From positions 160,001 to 224,000 of the forward strand of contig CAVTUQ010000009.1 in NCBI GenBank assembly GCA_963737905.1: DNA of 64,000 nucleotides. The letters are read 5' to 3'. Positions 40,561 through 50,284 of the stretch are shown here, in pieces (the first letter of the stretch is position 1; every line of letters begins with the position of its first letter). Both the position numbers and the translations under genes were made by a program. This DNA is from an uncultured delta proteobacterium (GTDB lineage: Bacteria; Desulfobacterota; Binatia; UBA9968). A model generated the notes under the pieces. The model made no database searches and had not been told where the DNA came from. It was given only the letters and a program-made list of their open reading frames with translations.

Positions 40561-41586
40561 TCACTGGCTCATGATTATCTTCACCCGTTCGACGACTTCG
40601 GGGGATTGCGTCATGACCTGCTTCGCTAGTGCTTCGAGCTCCTCGCCGGTGCTGGGTGTGATATCGTAATTCTTCTTGTTCGCCTCCGCCAGAAGTTCGG
40701 GGTCGTTCATGGCTTTCATGAACGCCTCGCGGAAAACCTTGGTTTTGTCTGGCGGGAAACCCGGGGGCGCTACGATCGGGCGGCCGAAATCGGTGGCTGC
40801 CATAACCAAGGGCAGCAAGCGCCGCTCCGCTTCGGGGGTCTTGTGCTCGTTCATAAGCTCGTAGATCGTAGGAACGTCAGCTAGTCGCGGATCCCGCGTT
40901 TTGCCGGTCTGCATGAGAATGCGCGCGAAACCGTTTTTACGCCAGGTATGGTAGGGCTCGCGCGAATGATAGGCCTGAATCGTGAGCGCGCGGCACTGCA
41001 GTTCTCCCCGTTCCACTGCCAGGTCGATCTCTCCGCCACCCTGATAGCCGGCAACGACGGTGAATTTTGCGGCGAGAGTTTCTTCCAGCAGCTTGGGCAT
41101 GTAACTGCCTGAGGTGCCGGCTCCGGTAGAGCCGCATTTCGGCGGCTCTTTGGCTCGGCGCACATCCGCCAGGCTCTTGTAAGGTGAATCCGCGCGCATA
41201 TAAAGCAGGTAATCCGACTTATCGGTGCTGCCGATCCAGGTAAATTTCCCCCAATCGTATTTTACCTCCGCCTGTTTTAGGATCTGGTTGAAATAGATCG
41301 ATGGCTGGACCGCCCCGATTGTCAGTCCATCGGGTTTGACGACGTTATAGATATAATTGGCTCCGATGATGGATCCCGCACCAGGCATGTTCTGAACGAT
41401 GAAGCTAGGGTTTCCTGGAATGTGTTTGCCCATGAATTGTGCCGCGAGCCGCGCGTACAAGTCGTAGAGACTTCCGGCACTAGCGGCCGCGACGACTGTA
41501 ACCGTCTTTCCCTGATAAAACGGACCCTGCGCCCGGAGGTCTGAGGTCCAGATCACAAATACCAGGAGCCAGAGTGTTTTCTTCAT
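40561..41586 (-). CDS. Bug/TctC-like substrate-binding protein
   Basis: FYQGKTVTVV, QNMPGAGS, KPDGLT, GYQGG.EI.LA.ERGE, PPG.P. Confidence 0.88.
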   Translation of the reverse strand: MKKTLWLLVFVIWTSDLRAQGPFYQGKTVTVVAAASAGSLYDLYARLAAQFMGKHIPGNPSFIVQNMPGAGSIIGANYIYNVVKPDGLTIGAVQPSIYFNQILKQAEVKYDWGKFTWIGSTDKSDYLLYMRADSPYKSLADVRRAKEPPKCGSTGAGTSGSYMPKLLEETLAAKFTVVAGYQGGGEIDLAVERGELQCRALTIQAYHSREPYHTWRKNGFARILMQTGKTRDPRLADVPTIYELMNEHKTPEAERRLLPLVMAATDFGRPIVAPPGFPPDKTKVFREAFMKAMNDPELLAEANKKNYDITPSTGEELEALAKQVMTQSPEVVERVKIIMSQ

Positions 41587-41701
41587 AGGAATTGGCTTAA
41601 CATTGCTGTCTTTCCTATGTCAATGCCGTATCCGAATGGAGCACATCAGCGCTTGCAAGAAGTCGCGCAGCACTAGTAGATGGATAGTGAAGGAGAAAAA
41701 C

Positions 41702-42727
41702 ATGGCAGCAGGGCCTGAGACACAGTCAAGAGCGGCGACCGAGATTCCGCTGGATCCCGATTTGTCTATTTGTGATCCGCACCACCACTTGAGAGAGCGC
41801 CCGAACGACCGCTATTTCCTCGAAGAATTTATTCGGGATACCGCCACCGGGCACAATATCGTGGCCACCGTTTGTGTGGAAAATCGAGCTATGTACCGCA
41901 AGGATGGTCCTGAGACGATGAAGCCCGTAGGCGAGACCGAGTTCTTCGATAGTGTTGCTGCTCAATCGGCTGCGGATCCAAGTAACTCAACCGATGTCGC
42001 GGCAGCCATAGTCGGACACGCGAATCTCGGCCTGGGAGAGGCGGTGGCGCAGGTACTGGAGCTGCATCTCCTGGCGAGTCCCAGTCGGTTTCGCGGTATT
42101 CGCCACTCGACCACGTGGGATCAAAGTGAAGCGATCAGAAGCGACGCCCGGCCAGGATTATTGGCGGATAACACTTTTCGCCGGGGGTTTGCCTGCCTGC
42201 ATCGTTACGGTCTGAGTTTCGACGCATGGCTTTACCATCCGCAGCTTTTAGAGCTCGTGGAGCTTGCGCGCGCCTTTCCAGACGTGACGATTGTTCTCGA
42301 TCACATCGGCGGGCCGCTGGGCGTCGGGCCCTACAAGGGAAAAAGAGACGAGGTCTTTCAAGCATGGCGGGAGGGAATCGCGGACTTATCTACTTGTCCG
42401 AACGTGATGTTGAAACTTGGCGGGTTTGGATCGACTCGTTCCGGCTATGACTGGCACGAGCGCGCCGTGCAACCAGCGTCTGTTGAGCTAGCCAACACGA
42501 TGGCGCCTTATTTCGATTTTTGTATCGAAAAATTCGGCGTCCGCCGCTGCATGTTCGAAAGTAACTTCCCCGTCGACAAAGCGTCTTATTCCTATGTCGC
42601 GATCTGGAACGCCTTCAAACGCATCAGTCAAAACTACTCCGCTTCCGAACGCCAGGCCTTGTTTCATGACACCGCGGTGCGCGTCTATAGAATCGCGATT
42701 ACAAGAGAACACAAACAGGCCGGCTGA
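41702..42727 (+). CDS. Amidohydrolase family protein (lactonase-like)
   Basis: ICDPHHHL, FRGIRH, LSFDAW, VLDHIG, MFESNFPVD. Confidence 0.9.
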   Translation: MAAGPETQSRAATEIPLDPDLSICDPHHHLRERPNDRYFLEEFIRDTATGHNIVATVCVENRAMYRKDGPETMKPVGETEFFDSVAAQSAADPSNSTDVAAAIVGHANLGLGEAVAQVLELHLLASPSRFRGIRHSTTWDQSEAIRSDARPGLLADNTFRRGFACLHRYGLSFDAWLYHPQLLELVELARAFPDVTIVLDHIGGPLGVGPYKGKRDEVFQAWREGIADLSTCPNVMLKLGGFGSTRSGYDWHERAVQPASVELANTMAPYFDFCIEKFGVRRCMFESNFPVDKASYSYVAIWNAFKRISQNYSASERQALFHDTAVRVYRIAITREHKQAG

Positions 42728-42999
42728 TTTAATCGGCCGTAAACCTCACGCCAACCTCACAGCAGTGCGACCGAGCAGCGAGCCTCTCCGGTCGCGGGCA
42801 ATGGGCCTGTGCCTTGAGGAGATCCGCAAACTTGAGTTGTGAAGCGTACAGCGAGGAAGAACCGCAAACTCATAGCCAAAACCTCTATGAGTCATTGCAG
42901 CTATACGCTTCTGTGCCCGCTCGCTACGAAGCTCTCTGTTCGGTCTACCGTGTGTCGTGCCTTTTCCTCGATCACAAGTAGTCCGGACTCGGGACGCCG

Positions 43000-43863
43000 C
43001 TACGCCGCCAGACGCCGTGCGCCAAGCTGGCGCGAGATAAAGGCCTTGATTCTTTCGTAAGCGCGGTCAGTTTGTGGGCCCGGGTTAGCGACCCAGCGGT
43101 GCTCGCAATCCTTGAAGATCTCCAATTCGCATTCTCCGCCGCTGGTCCGATAAGTGGCCGCAAATTTCTCCTGCACAGCCGGCAGGACGTTGTCGTCCAA
43201 CTCGCCCTGCAAAATATAAAGCGGTGGCAACGTCACCGGCTCGCGGCGCTCGAGGATGAGCTGCGGATTCCCTTCGTAGATGGTTTCCCAGGGATTAAAA
43301 TAAGTTTTGCTGTTCTGGATCATTTCCGCCCACTGCCTTCGCTCCGCCTGCTGGTAACGAGCGAACGGATCGCTCACCGGCGACCGCGCTACGACGTAAG
43401 GCAAAGTAGCGTCAAGGTTGGAGGCCTCGGGCAAAGGATGGGCGTTATAGCGCGGATCATTCGGGCGCATGGCACAGAGTTCGATTTCGTGACCGCCGCT
43501 GGAACTTCCCAGCGCTCCAACGGTGGCGGGATCACCGTTCCATTCTCGCGCCTTCGCTTTGAGCCAGCGCACACCGTAGTTCGCATCCTGCACCGAGGCA
43601 GGGTAGGGCGCCTCTGGCGCGCGGCGCAGGTCGATGGCTACGACTAGGAGGCCGCTCGCGGCCAGGCTTTCGTCCATCGGCGCATTAGCGGTGCGGTCTT
43701 GGTTGTTCCACGCGCCCCCGTGAAGATCCAGCAGCGCCGGAAAGGGCCCGCTGCCTTGAGGCTGATAAATGCGCGCCATCAAAGTGCGCACGGGATCGCG
43801 GCGAAACTCGACGTCCCAGACTTTGATCTCATAGTGCTTCGAAGGATCGTATAGAGTTGCCAT
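43000..43863 (-). CDS. Alpha/beta hydrolase (HSL-like esterase)
   Basis: LHGGAW, GSSSGG nucleophile, QGELDD, H near C-terminus. Confidence 0.88.
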   Translation of the reverse strand: MATLYDPSKHYEIKVWDVEFRRDPVRTLMARIYQPQGSGPFPALLDLHGGAWNNQDRTANAPMDESLAASGLLVVAIDLRRAPEAPYPASVQDANYGVRWLKAKAREWNGDPATVGALGSSSGGHEIELCAMRPNDPRYNAHPLPEASNLDATLPYVVARSPVSDPFARYQQAERRQWAEMIQNSKTYFNPWETIYEGNPQLILERREPVTLPPLYILQGELDDNVLPAVQEKFAATYRTSGGECELEIFKDCEHRWVANPGPQTDRAYERIKAFISRQLGARRLAA

Positions 43864-44176
43864 GGGTGAGTCCTCCTTACGGATTACGTGCAAGCGTTTT
43901 CAACGGGTCCAAGCCTTTGCGTTGTAGGAATCACTACTCCGTATCCTCTCATATCGAAAAACGTTCCTCTTTGTCAAAACAAAAGCTTGAATCAATCGCG
44001 CAAAAAACATAGACGCGGCAATGGCCGCCGGCTTAGTGGACGCCGCACCATCATGCGTGTTATAGGCGAGTATAACCTCACTCCTCGGCCTAAGGACATA
44101 CACATGAATCATTCCTTTTCGCCGGCTGTGGAGACTTGCTCTGCGTTCACCGTCAATTCATAAAGAAGAGCCTCAA

Positions 44177-45463
44177 GTGCCAACGAGCGAGGCTGCTTTA
44201 CCGGAGGCTTCGCAGCCGTTTCGGGGTCCCCTCGGCATATTGCTCCGGTTCAGGGCCTTTGAGGCATTGCGCCATCGCGAATACCGTTTGATCTGGTACG
44301 GGCAAATCTTCGCGTCCATGGGAACCTGGATGGACCAGGTCACCCGGGGTTGGCTTATCTATGAGCTGACGGACTCCGCGCTCCAGCTCGGCTTGGTGCG
44401 GGGAGTTCAAGCCATACCTTTTCTCTTGTTATCTCCGGTGGCGGGCAGCGTCGCCGACCGCTATTCGCGCAAGATGCAGGTGGTGCTTACGCAGATCGCC
44501 AACGGGTTATTGTTTGGAGCGACGGCGTTGCTGATTCTTACCGGCCAGATCCGGCCGTGGCATGTCTATGTCACCGCGGTCTTAATGGCGATCGTTCAGG
44601 TCTTTCTGCAGCCGGCACGGGCGGCCCTGATTTCCGACGCCGTACCGGCCAACAACCTGACCAACGCCATCGGTCTCAACGCCGTTATTTTTAACGCCGC
44701 GCGCAGTACCGGCCCCGCCCTCGCAGGCGTGCTCATCGCCAAGTTCGGAACCGGCGAGGCATATTCCGTCCAGGCGATTTTTTTCTTTCTCGCAACGATC
44801 TGGACCACCCAGCTTCGTTCCGCAGAGCGTTCCGGCAGCGGCTCCCGCGGTGCCCACGGCGAGTCGTTCGGCCAAAGCATTATCGAAGGATGGAAATTCA
44901 GCTGGAGGAACGAAGTCGTTCGCACCGCTCTTCTCATCGTGATGTTCGTTTCGTTGCTGATTGTGCCGTTTACCACTCTCCTGCCGGTATTTGCGCGCGA
45001 CATTCTGCAAGTCGGCGCCACGGGGCAGGGGCTGCTGCTCATGGCTATGGGCGTGGGCGCGTTGTGCAGCGCCGTTCTCATCGCTTCCGTCGGCGATCGC
45101 TTGCCCCGGGGTATGCTTATGCTGGGCAGCGTGACGCTTTACGGATTTATTATCGTGATGTTTGCAGCATCACATTGGTTTTGGCTTTCAATGATATTGA
45201 TGGTCATCGTGGGCCTGTGCCACGTGCACTCGCACGCTCTTGTTCAAACCATCATTCAATCCTATTCTCCTTCCGAATTCCGCGGGCGGACCATGGCTAT
45301 CTTCCACATGAGCCAGGTGGTGATGACAGCCGGAGCCATGCTCTTCGGTGCGCTGTCATCGATTCTTGGGGCAGAGTGGGCGGTCGCATCGATGGGGGTC
45401 TTTGGCGCGCTGATCATGATCGGGATCTCCCTGGCCCTGCCGGCCGCCCGGTTTATCCGATAG
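44177..45463 (+). CDS. MFS transporter (MFS_3/DHA3-like)
   Basis: About 12 TM helices, GSVADRYSRK motif A, GPALAG, EFRGR. Confidence 0.9.
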   Translation: MPTSEAALPEASQPFRGPLGILLRFRAFEALRHREYRLIWYGQIFASMGTWMDQVTRGWLIYELTDSALQLGLVRGVQAIPFLLLSPVAGSVADRYSRKMQVVLTQIANGLLFGATALLILTGQIRPWHVYVTAVLMAIVQVFLQPARAALISDAVPANNLTNAIGLNAVIFNAARSTGPALAGVLIAKFGTGEAYSVQAIFFFLATIWTTQLRSAERSGSGSRGAHGESFGQSIIEGWKFSWRNEVVRTALLIVMFVSLLIVPFTTLLPVFARDILQVGATGQGLLLMAMGVGALCSAVLIASVGDRLPRGMLMLGSVTLYGFIIVMFAASHWFWLSMILMVIVGLCHVHSHALVQTIIQSYSPSEFRGRTMAIFHMSQVVMTAGAMLFGALSSILGAEWAVASMGVFGALIMIGISLALPAARFIR

Positions 45464-45466
45464 CCA

Positions 45467-46984
45467 TCATGCGGAGAGGGAGCCGCCGTGGATTTCCCGG
45501 TTTCGCATCCGAGCCAACACGCTGTGATATCTGCCGTAACCGAAATAAATGACAATGCCGACCAGCAACCACCCAATCAACCGAAACCAGTTTTCCGCCG
45601 GAAGAGAAAACATCAATAGCAGGCAGAAAGCTATGCCGAGAAGAGGCACGAGGGGCACCCATGGGCAGCGGAAAGGTCGCTTAATCTCCGGATGACGATA
45701 ACGCATGATGAGCACGGCGGTGCAGACGATGATGAATGCTAACAGGGTGCCGATATTCACCAGCTCTGCGAGCATTCTAAGCGGCAAGAGTGCCCCCATA
45801 AGCCCAACCGCTATTCCCGTCGAGATGGTGGATTTCCAGGGGGTGCGGAAGCGCGGGTGAACCGAACCAAAGAACCCGGGCGGCAGTAACCCGTCGCGTG
45901 CCATGGCCAGCATGATGCGCGGTTGGCTGAGCATGAGCACCATCAACACCGACGTAATCCCGGTCAGCGCGCCCAGCGAAATGACAAAATGCGCCCAAGG
46001 AAGCCCGACCCGACTAAACGCCTGAGAAAGGGGCGCATCGATTTCAATCTTATCGTAAGGAACCATGCCGGTCAGGACCGCCGCGACCGCGATGTACAAA
46101 ACCGTGCAGAGTGTGAGTGAGGCGATGATCCCGATGGGCACGTCACGACTCGGGTTGCGCGCCTCCTCGGCGTGGGTCGAGACCGAGTCGAAGCCGATGT
46201 AAGCGTAAAAGACGATTGCCGCTCCCGCTATGACACCGAGAGGCTCACCGCCCGGCCCATGTTGCCCCGCGATCGTATGGCCGAAGAAACTGATCCCGGA
46301 ATAACCATAGGGCGCAAAGGGCTGCCAGTTTTGCGGATCGATGTAGAAGACGCCCACCGCAACGATCAAAGCGATGACCGCTAGTTTGACCGCGACCATG
46401 ATCGTGTTGAAGCTCACGCTCTCACGAATCCCGATGATCAGGACGCCGGTAAGGAAGGCCGAGATCAGCAACGCCGGAAGATCGATAATCGCTCCGGTGG
46501 AAACAAATTTTCCGCTGGCGGGATTGAAGTCGAAGGGTGCATCCGTATAGGCGCGGGGCAGATGGATGTTTATGATAGCGAGGAAGTCCGAAAAGTAGTG
46601 AGACCAGCCGTGGGCCACGCTGGCTGCCCCGACACCATATTCGAGGAGCAAATCCCAGCCGATGATCCAGGCAAAGAGCTCGCCGAGAGTCGCATAGGCG
46701 TAAGTGTAAGCGGAACCGGCTACCGGCACCATGGAGGCGAATTCGGCGTAGCAGAGCGCGGCAAAGGTGCAAGCGAAGCCGGCGAGCACAAACGACAGCA
46801 TGGTCGCTGCCCCGGCTTTATCTTTGGCTACCAAACCGAGGATGATGAAAATACCGGCGCCGATAATCGCGCCGACGCCGAGACTGGTAAGCTGAAGGGG
46901 GCCGAGGACGGGCCGCAAACGGGTCTCGCCCATTTCCTTCAACAACAAGTGAGTCGGTTTTCTCGCGAAGATTGAGCCCGACAT
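45467..46984 (-). CDS. APC-family amino acid permease
   Basis: LGVGAIIGAGIF, CYAEFAS..PVAGSAY.YAY, YIGFD, RPFRCP. Confidence 0.93.
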   Translation of the reverse strand: MSGSIFARKPTHLLLKEMGETRLRPVLGPLQLTSLGVGAIIGAGIFIILGLVAKDKAGAATMLSFVLAGFACTFAALCYAEFASMVPVAGSAYTYAYATLGELFAWIIGWDLLLEYGVGAASVAHGWSHYFSDFLAIINIHLPRAYTDAPFDFNPASGKFVSTGAIIDLPALLISAFLTGVLIIGIRESVSFNTIMVAVKLAVIALIVAVGVFYIDPQNWQPFAPYGYSGISFFGHTIAGQHGPGGEPLGVIAGAAIVFYAYIGFDSVSTHAEEARNPSRDVPIGIIASLTLCTVLYIAVAAVLTGMVPYDKIEIDAPLSQAFSRVGLPWAHFVISLGALTGITSVLMVLMLSQPRIMLAMARDGLLPPGFFGSVHPRFRTPWKSTISTGIAVGLMGALLPLRMLAELVNIGTLLAFIIVCTAVLIMRYRHPEIKRPFRCPWVPLVPLLGIAFCLLLMFSLPAENWFRLIGWLLVGIVIYFGYGRYHSVLARMRNREIHGGSLSA

Positions 46985-47035
46985 ACAATCTTACGATTGG
47001 AAGATCACCCGCAGGCGCACTTTACATGCGCAACC

Positions 47036-48169
47036 CTAGAAGCCGATGATTCTTAATTGGAGCAAGCCGGAGAGATCGTTGTGGGAGTTGCCGGATGAAA
47101 TGAAATCGGGTTGTTGGTTGTAATTAACATTGAAAGATAGTGTATCGTCTTTTCCCAGAAAGTTCCCGATTTTCCAGTCCAGGGCTGTGGTGGTCCCAAA
47201 CGTCCTCACAATATTCAATCCGTCACCGCCATAGCTTCGGGCGAATGACGTCGTGCCGGTGAGCTTCAACACATCGCGGAAGGGAGTGTAGGCAAAGATG
47301 AGCTCCGTCCTCGGAGTTTCGATTCTAGCTCCAGTATTTGCATTCCGCTCTTCTCTGATGCTGAGATTAGGGTTCACAGAAAGGAAATCGAATGGGCGAT
47401 AAGAACCTGTGAGAGTATTCGTAAAAGCCGTCGTTGCTTGGTTTAGCGCTGCCCCTGCATCTATCCATTCGTAACTCGACGCAAACTTTGCTCCCCATTG
47501 TGACCGATTGATGTTGAGCGACGCAGTGGCGTTCTTGGTCACGCGCAGGCTGTTTACATCCAGGAGTTTCTCCCAGGACTCGCCGATGGATCCACGAAGA
47601 CTGAAGGGGCCTAGATTGTGCTCTCCCCAAAGTTGGCCTTCATCGCGGGTTTGGTCGGTTGCAGCCCCTGCGATGGAGACAAAGCCACGATCTGTGGATT
47701 TGTAGTCGGCGCCGTAGCCTAAACTTCCCCAACGGCTCTTAAGTCCAAGCCGGAGCATTTTTGGCCAATCCTGACAAGCACACTGGCCCGCCAAAGAATT
47801 GAGGGAGCTGTAGGACAGCTCGCCTTCGCCAGTTAAGCCGCTGCCGGCAAAGGAAGAGGTCGCCAGTAGATTTAAGTATTTCCGGGAATTGCCATCCTGC
47901 AAACCGCCGTTCGGCTCGCTGGGCGCATCGCGCTTTTCGAGGTACGAAGCCTTCAGTTCCAGGAGTTTTGGGCCGAAGCTTAGGACAAGCGTTTTTCCGG
48001 CAGGAACAGCGGGTCTGGGCATCCCGTCAATCTGAGAGAAAGCTGTCGGATCAGGTGCCAAGATAGGAGATGACGCCGGCTCAGGGAAAATCTGAGAAAG
48101 CTCAGGCTTTGCAGTGGTGCAAGCAGAAGAAAGGAAAATTAAGGCGGCTAGAAGATAAAATTTGCGCAC
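47036..48169 (-). CDS. Hypothetical outer-membrane beta-barrel-like lipoprotein
   Basis: Lipobox-like LSSAC, Pro-rich linker, alternating amphipathic strands, terminal LQLRIIGF beta-signal-like end. Confidence 0.6.
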   Translation of the reverse strand: MRKFYLLAALIFLSSACTTAKPELSQIFPEPASSPILAPDPTAFSQIDGMPRPAVPAGKTLVLSFGPKLLELKASYLEKRDAPSEPNGGLQDGNSRKYLNLLATSSFAGSGLTGEGELSYSSLNSLAGQCACQDWPKMLRLGLKSRWGSLGYGADYKSTDRGFVSIAGAATDQTRDEGQLWGEHNLGPFSLRGSIGESWEKLLDVNSLRVTKNATASLNINRSQWGAKFASSYEWIDAGAALNQATTAFTNTLTGSYRPFDFLSVNPNLSIREERNANTGARIETPRTELIFAYTPFRDVLKLTGTTSFARSYGGDGLNIVRTFGTTTALDWKIGNFLGKDDTLSFNVNYNQQPDFISSGNSHNDLSGLLQLRIIGF

Positions 48170-48250
48170 GGTAAAAACCTGTAAGATGATATTTTAGTCC
48201 ATCTTCGATTTTTACTAAAGAGGAGCCAAGCGGGGCGGCCGCAAGTCCGT

Positions 48251-49282
48251 CTAGAGGGAAAGCCTCTCCCAATCCGCGTTGGATGCATCGCGTGCAATCG
48301 AAAGCCCCCCATCGGACCCGGCAAAAATGGGATCCTTGACGACGGTCACTCGACCCCCTCCCAGGTCCGAGCAGGCTTTTTCGAGAGCAGTCGGGAGACC
48401 GGAAATGAGCGAGCTTCCGCCCGCTACAATAATATTGTTGCGCACCTGCTCCTGGTACTCGGGCTCCACCCTGGAGAGAAGATCGATCATGGTCTCCGAG
48501 ATGGGGGCCAGAATAGATTCACAGGCGGCGCGCATTTCATCTGTGATATCGAATTCTGTCGCCTTTCCCTTGGCTGGCACCGTGACCGTCACTCGACCCT
48601 TCGGATCACCGACGAAACTCCATTTTTCTTTCCAGTCACGGATCATATGAACCGAAACCTGGGCCTCAGGATGGTGCTCCTGCATCAGTTTTAAGAGGCG
48701 TTCGTCAATGGAATCACCGGCGTTTGGCAGCGTGCGCTGATCTTCCTCGGTAGGATAGCGGCCTTGCATGACACAAAAATCCGCCGTCCCGGCGCCAATA
48801 TCGATGATCATCGCGTGGAGCAATGCTTCCAAGCCGTAGGCCACCGCGAAAGGTTCAGACACCAACATCACGCTATCGGCAATGCCGTCCATGGCGCTCC
48901 GGAGTCTTTGTCTGCTGACTCGAAACGCCTCGGCCGGAACGCCGACAACCGCGCGTACCTTGCCTCGGTTCTTGCTTTTTTGCTTGAGGCCTATCAAGGA
49001 AATCAAATGGCGCAGTAATTCCTGGACCGCCTCCTCGTCCTTCGCCGATCCTTCTTTGATGACTCCGCGTTCGAGCGGCCGGCGGAGATCCAGCATCGAA
49101 CGATTGTCTAGGGCTTCGCGACCGACGAGGACGGTTTTCTTCACTAGTTTGCGGGCTACCATATCCAGGGGCCAGCCCACATAGCTGTCAACCACGTGAC
49201 GTTCGCCATTTGAAGCGGAGATGGAGCTTCGAGAGGTACCCAGATCTATTCCGATGCAGAGAGTTTCGTTGGTTTCTTCCAT
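48251..49282 (-). CDS. mamK: MamK-like bacterial actin (MreB/MamK family ATPase)
   Basis: GIDLGTS, VGWPLD, AVVGVPA, SEPFAVAYGL, DIGAGT..C...G..P..EDQ.TL..AG..IDE, KE.WSFVG, PEYQ..V.NNI..AGG, VKDP.FAG match recalled MamK-specific motifs rather than MreB. Confidence 0.85.
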   Translation of the reverse strand: MEETNETLCIGIDLGTSRSSISASNGERHVVDSYVGWPLDMVARKLVKKTVLVGREALDNRSMLDLRRPLERGVIKEGSAKDEEAVQELLRHLISLIGLKQKSKNRGKVRAVVGVPAEAFRVSRQRLRSAMDGIADSVMLVSEPFAVAYGLEALLHAMIIDIGAGTADFCVMQGRYPTEEDQRTLPNAGDSIDERLLKLMQEHHPEAQVSVHMIRDWKEKWSFVGDPKGRVTVTVPAKGKATEFDITDEMRAACESILAPISETMIDLLSRVEPEYQEQVRNNIIVAGGSSLISGLPTALEKACSDLGGGRVTVVKDPIFAGSDGGLSIARDASNADWERLSL

Positions 49283-50284
49283 AAATCAGCTACCTTTTTT
49301 TCCGAACCATTGAGGTTCTTCGCATAAGAAACAATGCCTCTCAGCAGCGCCTGCGCGATCTTTTCCCGATAATCGGCGTTTGTCAACAATTTAACGTCAT
49401 CTTCGTTCGACAGACAGGAAACCTCGGCCAAGACGGCGGGCATCTGAGTGCCGACGAGGACCGCGAAGGGGGCCATCTTCACGCCGCGATTTTCCAGTTC
49501 GGGGTTGATTTGGCTGAGTGACTGATAGAGTTCGGTGTTGATGGTCTTGGCAAGCGTATAGGATTCATCGCGCCGGGTGTCGAGGTAGATCTTTTCCAGC
49601 AGCCGCCGATAGTCAGCCAAAGAGTAACCGGAATCCCGGTTTTCAATGCCGGCGAGCTTGATCACGGCCGGATCGTTAGAGGCTCCGACATAGTACGTTT
49701 CCAGTGGCCGGATTTCACGGGGTTCCATCCAGTTTACATGGATCGAAACAAAAAGATCGGCGTTGTTGGCGTTGGCGAAAGCCACTCTTTTTTCCAGCGG
49801 TAAGGTTTCATCGGTGTGTCGCGTCATCAGCACTTCGAAAGGGACATCTTCCATGAGTCCGCGCAATCGGAGTGCGATGTCCAACGTGATGTCCTTCTCC
49901 GACACTCCTGATTCCGAGATAGCGCCATGTTGTTTACCGCCATGTCCCGGGTCGATTACGATTCTCTTGACCGAGAGAGGAAGGACCGACCGGTTTATTC
50001 GGGAAGGGGCCGGAAGAGGCGTCGCCGCTTTGAGCAGATGGCTCCCGGCCGCTATGTCCGTGGCGGCCGGGTTGGATGACGAATTCTTTGCCCCTCGAAA
50101 CCACCAGCGCCGGTACCGCCAGATAAACGATACTTGCGATCAGCAAAAACCCCCACAGCCAGACAGGAAATATGGCTTTGGGCTGCTCCTGGGGTTTGGT
50201 TGCGCTAACAACCCGCGTCCCTCCAACATTGCTCTGGATTGCCTCACGAAGGATGCGAAGTTTAGTCTGTTCTACGCTTTCCAT
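49246..50284 (-). CDS. Membrane-anchored N-acetylmuramoyl-L-alanine amidase (Amidase_3) (frameshift near 50095)
   Basis: N-terminal helix + TM (WLWGFLLIASIVYLAV) + Pro/Ser linker, then IVIDPGHGG, SEK, SIHVN, AEVSCLSN Zn/catalytic motifs. Confidence 0.85.
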
